The position numbers and the translations under genes are program-made. The notes beneath the pieces are model-generated. The model had not been told where the DNA came from. It worked only from the letters and a program-made list of their open reading frames with translations, and made no database searches. A DNA stretch of 64,000 bases from an uncultured Veillonellaceae bacterium (GTDB lineage: Bacteria > Bacillota > Negativicutes > JARBTT01). Below are positions 28,926 through 39,672 of this stretch, one piece after another. Numbering within the stretch: the first letter of the stretch is position 1; every line of letters begins with the position of its first letter. The DNA lies in the NCBI GenBank assembly GCA_963805085.1, contig CAWDTA010000002.1:1728001-1792000 (forward strand). The letters are read 5' to 3'.

Positions 28926-30020
28926 ATGAAATCTATGTTTGACCAAACAACTTTCTCTGGAATCAATCTAAAGAACAGAGTGATTCGTTCAGCCACTTAT
29001 GATAAGTTAGCCGATGAACATGGTCACATGACGAAAGAATTATTTGGGGTGTATGAGAAATTAGCACAAGGTGGCGTGGGTACAATTATCACTGGCGGTG
29101 CAGCGGTTACTGCACATTTGCTTCCACATCAGATGGGTATCTACGAGGATACATTTATTGACGAATATAAAAATTTGACGAAGATAGTTCATAACTGTCA
29201 TGCTAACATTATTCTTCAAATTGTCGATCTCGGCTCGCAAACTCGTGTTAATACGAATCAATTGGTAATTGGCGGACCAAGCTCAATAGAGGACTTGGCC
29301 TACAAAACTACACCGAAGGAAATGACGAAGAAAGAAATCTTACTGGTGCAAGATGCTTTCGCTGCCGCAGCGCTTAGAGCTAAAAAGGCGGGCTTTGATG
29401 GTGTGCAATTACTTGCAGCCCATGGTTATTTATTAAGCAAGTTCTTAACTCCATACTATAATCGGAGAACAGACGAATACGGTGGGACCATCGAAAATAG
29501 AGCGAGAATAATTTTAGAAACTTATAAAGCAATGCGGGAAAAAGTTGGCCCTGAATATCCAATTCTAATTAAAATCAATTGTGAAGACTTTATGGATCAG
29601 GGCATGACTTTGGAAGAATGTAAATATGTATGCAAAATGCTGGCTAGATTAGGGATAAATGCGATTGAAATTACTGGTGGCAGTCCATCGTCGCGCATTA
29701 ATGAGGGAGCTGCAAGAATAATAAAAACAGAACAAGAATCGTACTTTAAGTCGTATGCTGCAGAAATAGCGCAAGAAATCAATGTTCCGGTTATATTAGT
29801 GGGTGGTAATCGCGATTTTGACTTACTGACAAAAATTTTAGATCAGACTTCCATTGAGTACATTGCACTCTGTCGGCCTCTAATATGTGAAAGTAGTCTG
29901 GTTAACCGTTGGCAAAGCGGAAATGTGAAACGATCCAAATGTGTTTCGTGTAATAAATGCTTCGTTGGTGAAAGAACAAACTGTATTTTTAACCGTTGCA
30001 ATAATTCCGGGACGAAATAG
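28926..30020 (+). CDS. NADH:flavin oxidoreductase (old yellow enzyme family)
   Basis: LKNRVIRSAT, AGFDGVQ..AAHGYLL, NRRTDEYGG..ENRAR, CVSCNKC. Confidence 0.9.
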   Translation: MKSMFDQTTFSGINLKNRVIRSATYDKLADEHGHMTKELFGVYEKLAQGGVGTIITGGAAVTAHLLPHQMGIYEDTFIDEYKNLTKIVHNCHANIILQIVDLGSQTRVNTNQLVIGGPSSIEDLAYKTTPKEMTKKEILLVQDAFAAAALRAKKAGFDGVQLLAAHGYLLSKFLTPYYNRRTDEYGGTIENRARIILETYKAMREKVGPEYPILIKINCEDFMDQGMTLEECKYVCKMLARLGINAIEITGGSPSSRINEGAARIIKTEQESYFKSYAAEIAQEINVPVILVGGNRDFDLLTKILDQTSIEYIALCRPLICESSLVNRWQSGNVKRSKCVSCNKCFVGERTNCIFNRCNNSGTK

Positions 30021-30131
30021 GTGTAGAGAATATCGGATGAGCAAGGACTAGAAACACTTTGTTACTCGACATTTTTAGAAATGTAGCATATAATATTTGT
30101 AAGAAATCTTACTTCTTACAGGAGGCGTGCT

Positions 30132-30470
30132 ATGAGCGAATATGATGTAACCATAAGTAGTAAAGGGCAATTTGTTTTACCTAAAGAAGTTCGGGATAAA
30201 TTTAAACTATCAACAGGCAGTAAAATTAAAATTATAGTAGAAGGTGAGCGGATTATCCTCAAACCTCGAACTGTAGCCGATGAATTACAAGACCTTATCC
30301 TTGCCGATATTGCTAAAGACGGTAAGCCTATTAATCAAGGAACTGTAAAAGAGTATCAAGTAAAGCTTAATAAAGCACTGGATAGCATTGTTGCTGAAGC
30401 GGAACAAGAGTATAGTAAAAAAGAATATGTGTCCCTTGACGATTTGAAACGGGATAATGAGAATGTATGA
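30132..30470 (+). CDS. AbrB/MazE/SpoVT family antitoxin-like DNA-binding protein
   Basis: TISSKGQFVLPKEVR..GSKI; C-terminal YVSLDDL. Confidence 0.85.
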   Translation: MSEYDVTISSKGQFVLPKEVRDKFKLSTGSKIKIIVEGERIILKPRTVADELQDLILADIAKDGKPINQGTVKEYQVKLNKALDSIVAEAEQEYSKKEYVSLDDLKRDNENV

Positions 30471-30504
30471 ATTAGTTGTCCTGAATTCAGCATTGAGACA
30501 GTTA
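30463..30504 (+). pseudogene. Truncated RelE/ParE-like toxin N-terminus
   Basis: ATG overlaps the antitoxin stop (ATGTATGA); MYELVVLNSALRQL, then runs into unrelated sequence. Confidence 0.5.
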
Positions 30505-30551
30505 ATGAGGCAAATTTACGCATACAAAGAAAAAACCTACATCCAAAATTT

Positions 30552-30875
30552 TTACTTGGATGTAGGTTTTTTCTGATATTTTAATTTCATCAATTCTTTA
30601 AATTCTTCGATACGATCAAGGGCTTCTTGGGGTAGATCATAAGAAAGCTCATTTTTGGGGTGCATATCCATATTAGGTATATTTGTACGACCTAAAAGAT
30701 AGTCGATACTTACATCAAAAAAATCTGCTATTTTAATAAGTGTTGCTGAATCCGGTTGACGTTTACTTTGTTCATAAAATCCGTAAGCACTAGTTGTTAT
30801 TCCTAAAAGCTCAGCCATATCTTTTTGTAATAGCTTTTTGGAGTTTCTTAGTTGTTTTATTCTTTCAGAAAACAT
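30552..30875 (-). CDS. XRE family HTH repressor
   Basis: RIKQLR..LLQKDMAELLGIT..YE..KRQPD..IADFFDVSIDYLLGR; RBS ggagg before ATG 30875. Confidence 0.92.
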   Translation of the reverse strand: MFSERIKQLRNSKKLLQKDMAELLGITTSAYGFYEQSKRQPDSATLIKIADFFDVSIDYLLGRTNIPNMDMHPKNELSYDLPQEALDRIEEFKELMKLKYQKKPTSK

Positions 30876-30904
30876 GAAATAAAAACCTCCTTTTATAAAA
30901 TTAT

Positions 30905-31012
30905 ACAACAAATTGTTGATAAATATATAAATACAACAAAAAGATGTATTTATATTGACAAACAACGAATGGTTGTATAATATAATAAGTAAATAATACA
31001 ACTATTTGTTGT
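30905..31012. promoter_or_regulatory. Four ACAAC-N5-GTTGT-like operators around divergent promoters
   Basis: Sites at 30905, 30933, 30962 and 30998; the third lies between TTGACA (30955) and TATAAT. Confidence 0.7.
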
Positions 31013-31125
31013 TTGTATTAAAATAAAGAAAAATGCTAATTTAATTTATGCAGTTTTGTTCTTATGGAAATTACCTATTATTTTGTCTGTCTTTTATTAC
31101 TGAAATTTTTATGGAGGGGTAGAAT

Positions 31126-31419
31126 ATGAACGTTTTTGAATGTGTAACGGATGAATTAAGAAGTATACATAATGAAAATGATTTAAAGAGCTTAGAAAAA
31201 GTAGCGGAAAACTACTATTGGGCGAATTTGGAAAACAATACTATAGAGAAAAAACTAGAAGAATGTTTATCGAAAGAAGAAATAAAAATGGTATATAAAC
31301 TATGCGATAATTTTTTGACCAAAGAAGTTGTTGCAGGAGAGCTTTATTATAATCAAGGGTTTTCTGATGCAATGCAACTTATCATACATTCGTTAGTATG
31401 GAGTCCTGTTAGAAGATAA
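31126..31419 (+). CDS. Hypothetical protein (phage/MGE-type small helical protein)
   Basis: RBS ggagggg; C-terminal YYNQGFSDAMQL pattern. Confidence 0.65.
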   Translation: MNVFECVTDELRSIHNENDLKSLEKVAENYYWANLENNTIEKKLEECLSKEEIKMVYKLCDNFLTKEVVAGELYYNQGFSDAMQLIIHSLVWSPVRR

Positions 31420-31464
31420 GTAGAATAACTTTAAAAATTAGTGTGCTATCGAAAGGTAGATAAA

Positions 31465-31538
31465 TTGCAACAAAAATCAGCAAGTCGGCAAAAGACGAAT
31501 CACAAGCTAGTATCAATTCAAAAACCGCAATGAAGGCT
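31465..31538 (+). repeat. Degenerate partial copy of MITE family 2 (see 52007)
   Basis: Shares ttgcaa..aaaaat..caagtcggcaaaag..gaat...aaaa.cgcaatg.aggct with 52014-52088. Confidence 0.55.
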
Positions 31539-31634
31539 TTTTATGCAACTAATCAGCTTATGTTTATAGGATAAGCTAATTCGGAGAAATAATAGCTCCT
31601 TATAATATTTATAATGTCCAATTTTATTTTCATG

Positions 31635-33092
31635 TCAATTCTCTGCATTCATTCGTTTGATAATATTGGCAAGTTTGGTTAAGCCTGCTTTTAAATCGGC
31701 AATATCGGCGTAGGAGTAGGAGATTCTTAGATGGTTATTGGATAAGTTATCATAGATACTGCCAGGATTGATGAGGAGTTTTTCGGCTAGGGCGTTTTTG
31801 AAGAGTTGATGCATTGAGATTGGTTTGGTGAGGTGGAGCCAGATGTAAAAGCCGCCCTTTGGTAGTGTCCAAGTTGCGATATCGTTAAAGTTTGTATCTA
31901 AGATTTCACTGGCAGCAGAGCGGCGTAGTAGTAATTCTTGTCGGAGGTTTTTTAAATGCAGTTCATGTTGTCCACTAGCAAACCATTCTGCGGCTGCCCA
32001 TTGCGATAAGCAACTCGAACCGTAGTCATTTTGCATTTTAATGTCCGCTAATTTCTCTATGACTGGTTCAGGCCCTACAATCCAACCAATCCGAAGGCCT
32101 GGACTAACAGTTTTTGATAAACTATCAATATAAATCACGCTACCATTGGTATCGAGTGCTTTTAATGGTGGTGGAGGCGGTGTATCTAACCAAAGGTCAC
32201 GATAAACGTCATCTTCGAGAATTGGCAGACGTGAAGTTTGACAGGCACTCAGTAAATCTAGGCGACGCTGCTCGCCCATCAAAGCCCCCGTTGGATTGTG
32301 AAAAGTTGGTATCGTATAAAGTAAAGAATGTTGCTTCTGTTTTTGTCGATAGATAAAAGAATCTATTTGAATGCCTTCGTGATCAATTGGCAGTTCCGAA
32401 AAGTTCAAGTTCATGGCTTGAAATAACTTTAGCGACATGAGATAGGATGGCTTTTCTAGCAAGATATTTGCACCTTTGGGAAGTAGTCCAAAGCAGATCA
32501 GTTGTAAGGCTTGCAGAGCACCAGAAACAATCATAATTGAGGCGGGCGAAGCAAAAATACCGATTTTTTCAAGCTGTTTACTGATTTGTTGACGCAGATA
32601 AAGCAATCCTTTCGGTTCTTCATAGCCAAAGGATTGTATTTTATCAGGCAGACCTTCTAGTATGGTTTTTAATTGTGTGTCTGGAATTAGGTGGGGTGAA
32701 ATTTCACCTGTGCCTAGACGAATGAAACTCTCATCAAATTCTAAACGGTTGATTTCTTGGATGAATTGCAAGTTTGGTAGGTAAAAGCCAGACTTTACAT
32801 AGTCATTCCAATCTATTTTATTTGCCGTCGTCAATAGCGACCAGGTATTGTTGGCGACCCAGATGCCGCTGCCGGTTTTGCTCTCAAGTAGTCCTTCGGC
32901 AATCAGTTCGTCGAGGGCAATTCGAATTGTACTGCGGTTTACTTGCAATTTTATCGCGAGTTCGCGTTGGGGAGGTAATTGACTATGAATCGGCCATTGC
33001 CCAGTGTGAATTTTAGTTTTGATATATTCAAAGATTTGTTTATATAAGGGGAGTTTAGCTTTTTTATTTGGTAACCAGTCAATCGTTAACAT
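31635..33092 (-). CDS. MocR/GabR family GntR-aminotransferase transcription factor
   Basis: wHTH LPPQRELA..VNRST plus PLP domain SLSKTVSPGLRIGW; RBS ggaggtga. Confidence 0.93.
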   Translation of the reverse strand: MLTIDWLPNKKAKLPLYKQIFEYIKTKIHTGQWPIHSQLPPQRELAIKLQVNRSTIRIALDELIAEGLLESKTGSGIWVANNTWSLLTTANKIDWNDYVKSGFYLPNLQFIQEINRLEFDESFIRLGTGEISPHLIPDTQLKTILEGLPDKIQSFGYEEPKGLLYLRQQISKQLEKIGIFASPASIMIVSGALQALQLICFGLLPKGANILLEKPSYLMSLKLFQAMNLNFSELPIDHEGIQIDSFIYRQKQKQHSLLYTIPTFHNPTGALMGEQRRLDLLSACQTSRLPILEDDVYRDLWLDTPPPPPLKALDTNGSVIYIDSLSKTVSPGLRIGWIVGPEPVIEKLADIKMQNDYGSSCLSQWAAAEWFASGQHELHLKNLRQELLLRRSAASEILDTNFNDIATWTLPKGGFYIWLHLTKPISMHQLFKNALAEKLLINPGSIYDNLSNNHLRISYSYADIADLKAGLTKLANIIKRMNAEN

Positions 33093-33216
33093 GCCGTCAC
33101 CTCCGTATCTTTTCTCCATTATAGCAAATTGGTTGGTATGAAAACAAACCAATTGGGCGGAGACATCAAGGAAAAATGTTTTTATAATAGAGAAAACAGA
33201 TGAGGTGGTAGGGGTT

Positions 33217-33834
33217 ATGACAGCATTTTTACATGGATTATGTTTAGCAATCGGATTGATTTTGCCTTTAGGTATACAGAATTTATTTATTTTTCAGCAA
33301 GGAGTACTGCAACCGCGCTTTTACTCGGTATTGCCAGCGGTGATTACAGCTTCACTTTGTGATACCGTATTGATTTTAGCTGCAGTTAGTGGTGTCTCGC
33401 TACTTTTATTCAAATTTATGATGATGAAAGTTATTATGATCGGCGGTGGCGTTATCATTTTATTTTATATGGGATATTTGACTTGGCACAGCAGGGTAGA
33501 TATTAGTTCATTAAATGCAATGCAAGCTTTGTCTCGAAAAAAGCAAATTATGTTTTCGATGTCGGTATCGTTTTTAAATCCAAGTGCGGTACTCGATATT
33601 ATTGGGGTAATTGGAACGAGTTCAGCGCAATATGCAAATCAGGAAAAAATGTTTTTTATGTTGGCTTGTATTTCGGTATCATGGTTATGGTTTTTTGGTT
33701 TAGCGATCGTTGGCAGATTTTTAGGTGAATATAAAGATATAGATCGGTTGATGTTTGTTATCAATAAAGTATCAGCAGTATTTATTTGGAGCACAGCAAT
33801 TTATCTCATGTTTAGTTTAAAAGAAATGTTCTAA
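33217..33834 (+). CDS. LysE/ArgO family amino acid exporter
   Basis: LILPLGIQN.F..QQG, FLNPSA.LD, VSWLWF; divergent from the MocR gene. Confidence 0.9.
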   Translation: MTAFLHGLCLAIGLILPLGIQNLFIFQQGVLQPRFYSVLPAVITASLCDTVLILAAVSGVSLLLFKFMMMKVIMIGGGVIILFYMGYLTWHSRVDISSLNAMQALSRKKQIMFSMSVSFLNPSAVLDIIGVIGTSSAQYANQEKMFFMLACISVSWLWFFGLAIVGRFLGEYKDIDRLMFVINKVSAVFIWSTAIYLMFSLKEMF

Positions 33835-33877
33835 ATGGTATACCCTATACATAAAATGTATAGTTGGTAGTTTTATA

Positions 33878-34028
33878 CAGACTGTCGACAAAATAAAAAT
33901 ATTTATATTAATAAATAGAAACAATCTAAATTCGTACCACTTATAAACTAGTACGAAGATAGGTTGCCGGTTGGCGAGAAGTACTCGCCTGCCTGCGGCC
34001 TATCTGTCCATAGTATGTTTACAATCAG
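33878..34028 (+). mobile_element. MITE family 1, copy B (151 bp, internally deleted)
   Basis: Same ends and ccacttataaactagtacgaagatagg core; 9-bp duplication agttttata at 33869 and 34029. Confidence 0.8.
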
Positions 34029-34049
34029 AGTTTTATAGGAGGGCATTTT

Positions 34050-34628
34050 ATGTATAAGGCGAAAGATTATAGTTATTTATTTGGTATGCATGGGTTTAGT
34101 CATAGGTTATTAAAAACTCATATAACCTTGTATCAAGGTTATGTGAAGAACACGAATAAGCTGATCGCAGAACTTAATAATATGGAGGATCAAAGTAGTA
34201 ACTGCTTTGCTGAACTGAAAAGAAGATTTGGTTGGGAATTTTCTGGTATGCGGTTACATGAGTATTATTTTGAAAATTTGGGTTGTCATGAGCTCGAAAA
34301 AGAGCATAATCAATTTTTCGAGTGGTTATGTAATACGTTTGGTAGTTTTGATAAATGGTGTGATGATTTTTATAAAACAGGACTGATGCGCGGAATTGGT
34401 TGGGTGATTTTATGTCGTGATAATCATACGGGGCGATTATTTAATTGCTGGATCGGTGAACATGACAAAGGCTTTTTGGCAGGGTGTCAACCTCTGCTGG
34501 TGATGGATGTATGGGAACATGCGTATTTGTGCGATTACGGTCTGGATAGGAAAAGCTATATTGAAACCTTTTTTAATAATATCAATTGGACCACTGTAAT
34601 GGAACGTTTTCAACATATGGGAATATAA
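34050..34628 (+). CDS. Fe/Mn superoxide dismutase family protein
   Basis: H..LYQGYV, LHEYYFENL, GWVIL, DVWEHAY. Confidence 0.9.
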   Translation: MYKAKDYSYLFGMHGFSHRLLKTHITLYQGYVKNTNKLIAELNNMEDQSSNCFAELKRRFGWEFSGMRLHEYYFENLGCHELEKEHNQFFEWLCNTFGSFDKWCDDFYKTGLMRGIGWVILCRDNHTGRLFNCWIGEHDKGFLAGCQPLLVMDVWEHAYLCDYGLDRKSYIETFFNNINWTTVMERFQHMGI

Positions 34629-34892
34629 ATTTGAAATCAACGATATTGAACAAATCAACGATTCTAGGGATCATCCTTAGGGTCGTTTTTATTTTTGCGA
34701 TTAATTTTACTTAAAAGAAAAAGTCTGTGTCAAATAATTTGTGTTAATACTTTTAAAAATTTTTTACTGAGAAATTTATTTACTTAGCAAGTTTTTGAGC
34801 TATAATGGAATGAACACAATATCTTATTTCTAGTACTTTAGTATCAACCTTTGTAATTTACATAATCTTTTTAAGTGAAAGGGGTCTTACCA

Positions 34893-36566
34893 GTGAAAGT
34901 TAAAACAAAAATAGTATCAGGCTATGTGGTAATATCAGTTTTTATCATGATTATAACCGCAATGTCCTTATATGGATTGAAGCAAGTCAGGGCAGATTAT
35001 GATGATATTATCGATTCTTCCGATACTACGGTCATGCTTCTGCGTGAAATCCAATATTACTTTACGGGACAAGCCAATGATGAGCGTGGTTTTTTGCTGA
35101 CAGGCAGTCCTGAATATAAGAGTGAAATTCAAGACAAATCCGATAAAATCAAAAAAGATATTGAGAAATTAAAACCCTTAATGGATTTACCTCAAGAAAA
35201 AGAAGCATTAGCTAAGCTTGATGAAACTCACACGAAATTCACTAGTACTAATTTTAAGGTGATTGAGCTTTATACCCAAGGAAAAAGCAAAGAAGCGCAG
35301 GAACTTTCCTTTAGTGAGGGGCGGAAACTTCGTAAAGATATAGATACTAGCTTTGATGGATTTATTAAAATACAGGAAGAAGAAGCGAGAACGAGTAGAA
35401 GTGATGCCGATGCTTATTCTAATCGTATCAAATTCATTGTGATCATAACCTCAACGTTGATGGTGATTTTAGGAATTGTATTTGGGGTGATTCTTTCGCA
35501 TCGTATTGTAATGCCAATTCATAAAATTACCGAAGATATGAAGAGTGGTAACTTGAATTTTGCTGAGCTGGTAACGAGTAACGATGAAATAGGAATGCTT
35601 ACTAAAGAGTTTGGCAATATGGTTAGAAAGCTTCATGATATGGTGATGAGTATCAAAACGACAGCCGATCAGGTTGCAGCATTATCACAACAATTGACCG
35701 AGAGTGCTGACCAGTCCGCGCAGGCAGCGAATCAAGTAGCGGTGATCGTTACCGATGTTGCAAATGGGGCTGAAAAGCAGCTTGCTTCTGTTGATAATAC
35801 GAGATCTACGGTGAATGAAATGAATACTAGTATGCAGCAAATCGCCGGGAAAATTAATCAGGTATCAGATAGTTCCAAGCGAACGGCAAAAGCTGCTGAT
35901 GATGGCGTGAGTATCGTAGAAACATCGATAAACCAGATGAGTTATATTGATAAGGCGGTAAGCACTTCTTCGAGGGTTGTACTCAAGTTGGGCGAACGTT
36001 CTAGGGAAATTGGACAAATTGTTGATACGATTTCTGGGATTGCTGGCCAGACCAATCTACTTGCTCTCAATGCGGCTATTGAGGCTGCCAGAGCAGGCGA
36101 ACAAGGAAAGGGTTTTTCTGTTGTAGCCGATGAAGTGAGAAAATTAGCAGAGCAATCGCAGCTTGCGGCAAAACAAATCGCTGAGCTGATTGGTGCGATT
36201 CAGTCGGAAACGAATGAAGCGGTCAATGCTATGAATGAAGGAACTCAAGAAGTTCAAGCAGGAACTGAAATAGTTACCGCTGCTGGACAGTCGTTTAAAG
36301 AAATTGTAACACTTGTAAATGACGTTTCTCATCAAGTAAGTGAAATCTCATCAACCATACAGCAATTGTCTGATGGCAGTCAAAAAATTGTTGCATCCGT
36401 TGAGCAAGTGGAAGCCGTAACTAAGGGGACAGTGGAGCAAACACAAACTGTTTCTGCTGCTACAGAGGAACAATCTGCTTCAATGGAAGAAATAGCGGCT
36501 TCCAGTCAAAACCTAGCAAATATGGCAGATCAACTTAAAGAGATTATTCGTGGCTTTAAAATTTGA
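34893..36566 (+). CDS. Methyl-accepting chemotaxis protein
   Basis: Two TMs, HAMP (DEIG.L), [38 protein letters not shown]. Confidence 0.96.
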   Translation: MKVKTKIVSGYVVISVFIMIITAMSLYGLKQVRADYDDIIDSSDTTVMLLREIQYYFTGQANDERGFLLTGSPEYKSEIQDKSDKIKKDIEKLKPLMDLPQEKEALAKLDETHTKFTSTNFKVIELYTQGKSKEAQELSFSEGRKLRKDIDTSFDGFIKIQEEEARTSRSDADAYSNRIKFIVIITSTLMVILGIVFGVILSHRIVMPIHKITEDMKSGNLNFAELVTSNDEIGMLTKEFGNMVRKLHDMVMSIKTTADQVAALSQQLTESADQSAQAANQVAVIVTDVANGAEKQLASVDNTRSTVNEMNTSMQQIAGKINQVSDSSKRTAKAADDGVSIVETSINQMSYIDKAVSTSSRVVLKLGERSREIGQIVDTISGIAGQTNLLALNAAIEAARAGEQGKGFSVVADEVRKLAEQSQLAAKQIAELIGAIQSETNEAVNAMNEGTQEVQAGTEIVTAAGQSFKEIVTLVNDVSHQVSEISSTIQQLSDGSQKIVASVEQVEAVTKGTVEQTQTVSAATEEQSASMEEIAASSQNLANMADQLKEIIRGFKI

Positions 36567-36662
36567 TATATAAGTAATAAACCCTCAACAGGCTAGCCTT
36601 GTTGGGGGGCTTTTGACAATAGCAATGCAATTTGCTATAATATTTTAGGTAATTAATCATGT

Positions 36663-36739
36663 GCGTCTATAGCTCAGGTGGATAGAGCAGTAGTTTCCTA
36701 AACTGCGTGCCGCTGGTTCGAATCCAGCTAGGCGCACCA
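36663..36739 (+). tRNA. tRNA-Arg(CCT)
   Basis: Acceptor gcgtcta/taggcgc, anticodon loop ttCCTaa, GTTCGAATC, CCA end. Confidence 0.96.
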
Positions 36740-36832
36740 TTTTAAAACAAAAACAAGCCTTCTGAGAAAATGCATCAGGGGGCTTTTTGCTATTACATAA
36801 GAAATTTCAGGCACTAGAAATGAGGAAAGAAT

Positions 36833-37348
36833 ATGAATACTTCAACTGATAATCAGAAAAAATTGATGGTGCGTGGCGCTTTACTACTAGCGATGGCGAT
36901 ATGCTTCCAAGGAATACGTTTGATCATTCCTTTACCGCCAATGGTAGGAATGTTTCTGATTGGTAGTTTGGTTAATATGACACTCATCGTAGCTGTAAAG
37001 TATGCGGGAATGATGCCAGCGCTATTAATGAGTTGTTTATTGCCGATCATTGCTTTTTTTCAAGGGCAATTGGCGATTCCGATAGTAGTGCCAGTAGTTG
37101 CTCTTGGCAATATCGTGCTAGTTTTATGTTGTCAGCTATTTTGGCATAAAAAATTGTTATGGCTAACGCCTTTATTTAAAACAGCAGTTCTCTATGTAGG
37201 AACATTTCTCATTTTAAAATGTTTTGTGATTCCCGTATCAGTGGCAACGATGATACTGTTCATTATGAGCTGGCCGCAGGTCATTACGGCGATAATTGGT
37301 TTAATTCTCGCACGGCAATTGATCAAAAAACTGTCTCTGGGCGACTAA
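36833..37348 (+). CDS. ECF transporter S component
   Basis: Hydrophobic; IGSLVN..L, ALGN, SWPQVITA. Confidence 0.75.
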   Translation: MNTSTDNQKKLMVRGALLLAMAICFQGIRLIIPLPPMVGMFLIGSLVNMTLIVAVKYAGMMPALLMSCLLPIIAFFQGQLAIPIVVPVVALGNIVLVLCCQLFWHKKLLWLTPLFKTAVLYVGTFLILKCFVIPVSVATMILFIMSWPQVITAIIGLILARQLIKKLSLGD

Positions 37349-37380
37349 AAAGCAACGAAATGCCACAGTTAGAACATAGA

Positions 37381-37425
37381 AAAATGCCTGCAAATTTCAA
37401 ACGATGAAATTTGCAGGCATTTTTC
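37381..37425. terminator. Bidirectional terminator
   Basis: aaaatgcctgcaaatttca / tgaaatttgcaggcatttt between convergent genes. Confidence 0.8.
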
Positions 37426-37435
37426 TATGTTTAGA

Positions 37436-38359
37436 TTAGTCTTTCAGGTCGGTATAATAAGGTGCAAGAGAAAGTTTATCCTTGTTTTTAAATACATCTA
37501 TCACAAACTGTTGAAACTTTTTAGCCGCAGGGGAGAGAGTCTTATTCGTATTCCATGCCATGCCGAGTGGTCTAGTACATGTTGGATAGCCGACTGGAAT
37601 AAAGACGATATTTAGGTGTTCTAAGCCTGGAATATGAGGAATGAGTGCGACACCAAGGTTTGCATCAACCAGTCCGGCAACCGTCATGATCTCATCACCT
37701 TCGAATGTGATCTTGGGACGAATCGAAGCGGTTTCGAAGAATTGATCAGCTAATAGGCGCAGTCCGTACATTGGTTTAAACGTAATAAATGGTTCATGGG
37801 AGATTTCAGATAAATTAATGCTCTTACGTTTTGCTAGATGATGTTTCGTAGGAACGACAACAAATAGTTCTTCGGCACAAAGGGAGAACCATCCTAATGT
37901 TTCGGTTGTCATTAGCGTAGAACAAAGACAAAGATCGATTTCACCATCAATTAATTCATTGGTGAGCAAAGCAGAGTTATTTTGGTAGAGACTAAATTTT
38001 ATCTTAGGATATTGTTTTCTAAATTTACTCAAAAGCACGGGAACAAGATAACTGCCAAGGGAATGAAGAAAGGATAAATTAACAACGCCTTGATCTGGTT
38101 CCGATAAATTGGCGATTGCCTGTTTCCCATTTGATATTTCTTGCAAAGCACGTTCTACATGAACGAGAAAAGTTTGTCCATATTGAGTCAGTTTAATACT
38201 CTTTCCCACGCGATCAAATAATGGTACACCCAATTCACTTTCTAATTTGGCAATGGAACGGCTAAGGGCAGGTTGAGATACAGCAATGCTTTGAGCCGCT
38301 TGGGTAAAATGATTAATATGTGCGAGTGTTTTGAAATATTCTAGCTGATTTAATTCCAT
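37436..38359 (-). CDS. LysR family transcriptional regulator
   Basis: HFTQAA..VSQPALSRSIAKLE.ELGVPLFDR. Confidence 0.95.
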   Translation of the reverse strand: MELNQLEYFKTLAHINHFTQAAQSIAVSQPALSRSIAKLESELGVPLFDRVGKSIKLTQYGQTFLVHVERALQEISNGKQAIANLSEPDQGVVNLSFLHSLGSYLVPVLLSKFRKQYPKIKFSLYQNNSALLTNELIDGEIDLCLCSTLMTTETLGWFSLCAEELFVVVPTKHHLAKRKSINLSEISHEPFITFKPMYGLRLLADQFFETASIRPKITFEGDEIMTVAGLVDANLGVALIPHIPGLEHLNIVFIPVGYPTCTRPLGMAWNTNKTLSPAAKKFQQFVIDVFKNKDKLSLAPYYTDLKD

Positions 38360-38815
38360 GTCATATCACTCCTTAGGTAGTGTCTATCATAACATACTTA
38401 AAAATAAATATCGTTAATTGTACTTGCAAAATATATGTAAATTAATTATGAATATCATAACTTACGGGTATAAGTAAATTGCTATATTTATATAATAGCT
38501 TAGTTTGCTTAGCTTTGGTAGCTATTTGATAAAATTAGTATGCACAAGACACATACTAATCATAATGATATTACATGATTGTTTTAGTAATAACCAAATA
38601 TATCAATGGATAATTTGTGAAATGCTATTGTATATATAATGAAGAATTTGATTCAAGGACTATATTTAAAATCAACAGTGAATGAATTTGAATCATAACA
38701 AATCTCTAGATCAGATGAGAATCTCGTGCGAGTGGAAGAACCTACATGACTTTTTTTTAGTGCTTATTACCTATATACAATAGGTAATTTAATTTATTTT
38801 TTTTCGAAAAACTAT

Positions 38816-38842
38816 TAAGTTCTAAACTGAAAGCAACGATAA
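38816..38842 (+). promoter_or_regulatory. Sigma-28 (SigD)-like promoter
   Basis: TAAG-N15-AACGATAA upstream of the 38877 ORF. Confidence 0.4.
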
Positions 38843-38876
38843 TATATATAACAAGGATGTTAATTTTGTATCTAGG

Positions 38877-39089
38877 ATGGTGATTGAAATGATTGAAAGA
38901 ATCAGTGGAATCTCGAGAACACCTCGAATTAGTAGCTATACTAATAATAATCAGTCGTTTGGCGAAAATGGTAAAAAGAAAGAAGACGTTAGTTTTAAAA
39001 CAATTTTAGAAACTAAAATCAGTGAGAAATCAACAACGACTACGCCTGGCGCGTATAAACTTGATTTGAAAAGTTTAACCTATTTATAA
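38877..39089 (+). CDS. Small hypothetical protein
   Basis: 70-aa ORF downstream of the sigma-28-like promoter. Confidence 0.55.
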   Translation: MVIEMIERISGISRTPRISSYTNNNQSFGENGKKKEDVSFKTILETKISEKSTTTTPGAYKLDLKSLTYL

Positions 39090-39177
39090 TGTAGCTCAAG
39101 TGTATTGTTTCGTGATGCTATTTATTGTATAATACGGCAAGATGATGATCAAATTTAGTTTGCGGTGTGGTGATAGA

Positions 39178-39672
39178 ATGATAGATGATGAAAAGTACAT
39201 GAAAGTAGCCCTGGTTGAAGCACAGAAAGCCTTTGATTTAGGTGAAGTGCCAATTGGGGCTATTTTAGTTTTTGAGGATGAAGTAATCGCTGTAGGGCAT
39301 AATATGCGTGAGACGTGGAACGATGCGACAGCCCATGCAGAGATGGTTGTGATAAAAAAAGCTTGTGAAAAGTTAGGTCGTTGGCGACTTAGTGGAGCAA
39401 CGCTTTATGTAACGGTTGAGCCATGTCCAATGTGTGCAGGGGCTTTGGTGATGAGCCGAATCGATCGTGTGGTTTATGGAACAACCGACTATAAGGCTGG
39501 TGCGATTGAATCCGTGTTTAATATTGTAGGGCATCAAGCTCTCAATCATCAGCTAGAAGTAACGGCTGGAGTAATGGCAGATGAATGCCGATTGATTATG
39601 CAAGATTTTTTTCGTGAGCGACGCAAAACGAAAAAGCAGCTTAAAAAGTTATCATTGCCAGCTCAAGAATAA
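39178..39672 (+). CDS. tadA: tRNA adenosine(34) deaminase
   Basis: GEVPIGA, AHAE, EPCPMCAGA; usual position before tRNA-Ser/ffs/dnaX. Confidence 0.95.
   Translation: MIDDEKYMKVALVEAQKAFDLGEVPIGAILVFEDEVIAVGHNMRETWNDATAHAEMVVIKKACEKLGRWRLSGATLYVTVEPCPMCAGALVMSRIDRVVYGTTDYKAGAIESVFNIVGHQALNHQLEVTAGVMADECRLIMQDFFRERRKTKKQLKKLSLPAQE

Noticed and set aside
34720-34746. IS256-like end (agtctgtgtcaaataatttgtgt), with a similar word near 397
   Set aside because: Short AT-rich match with no partner repeat
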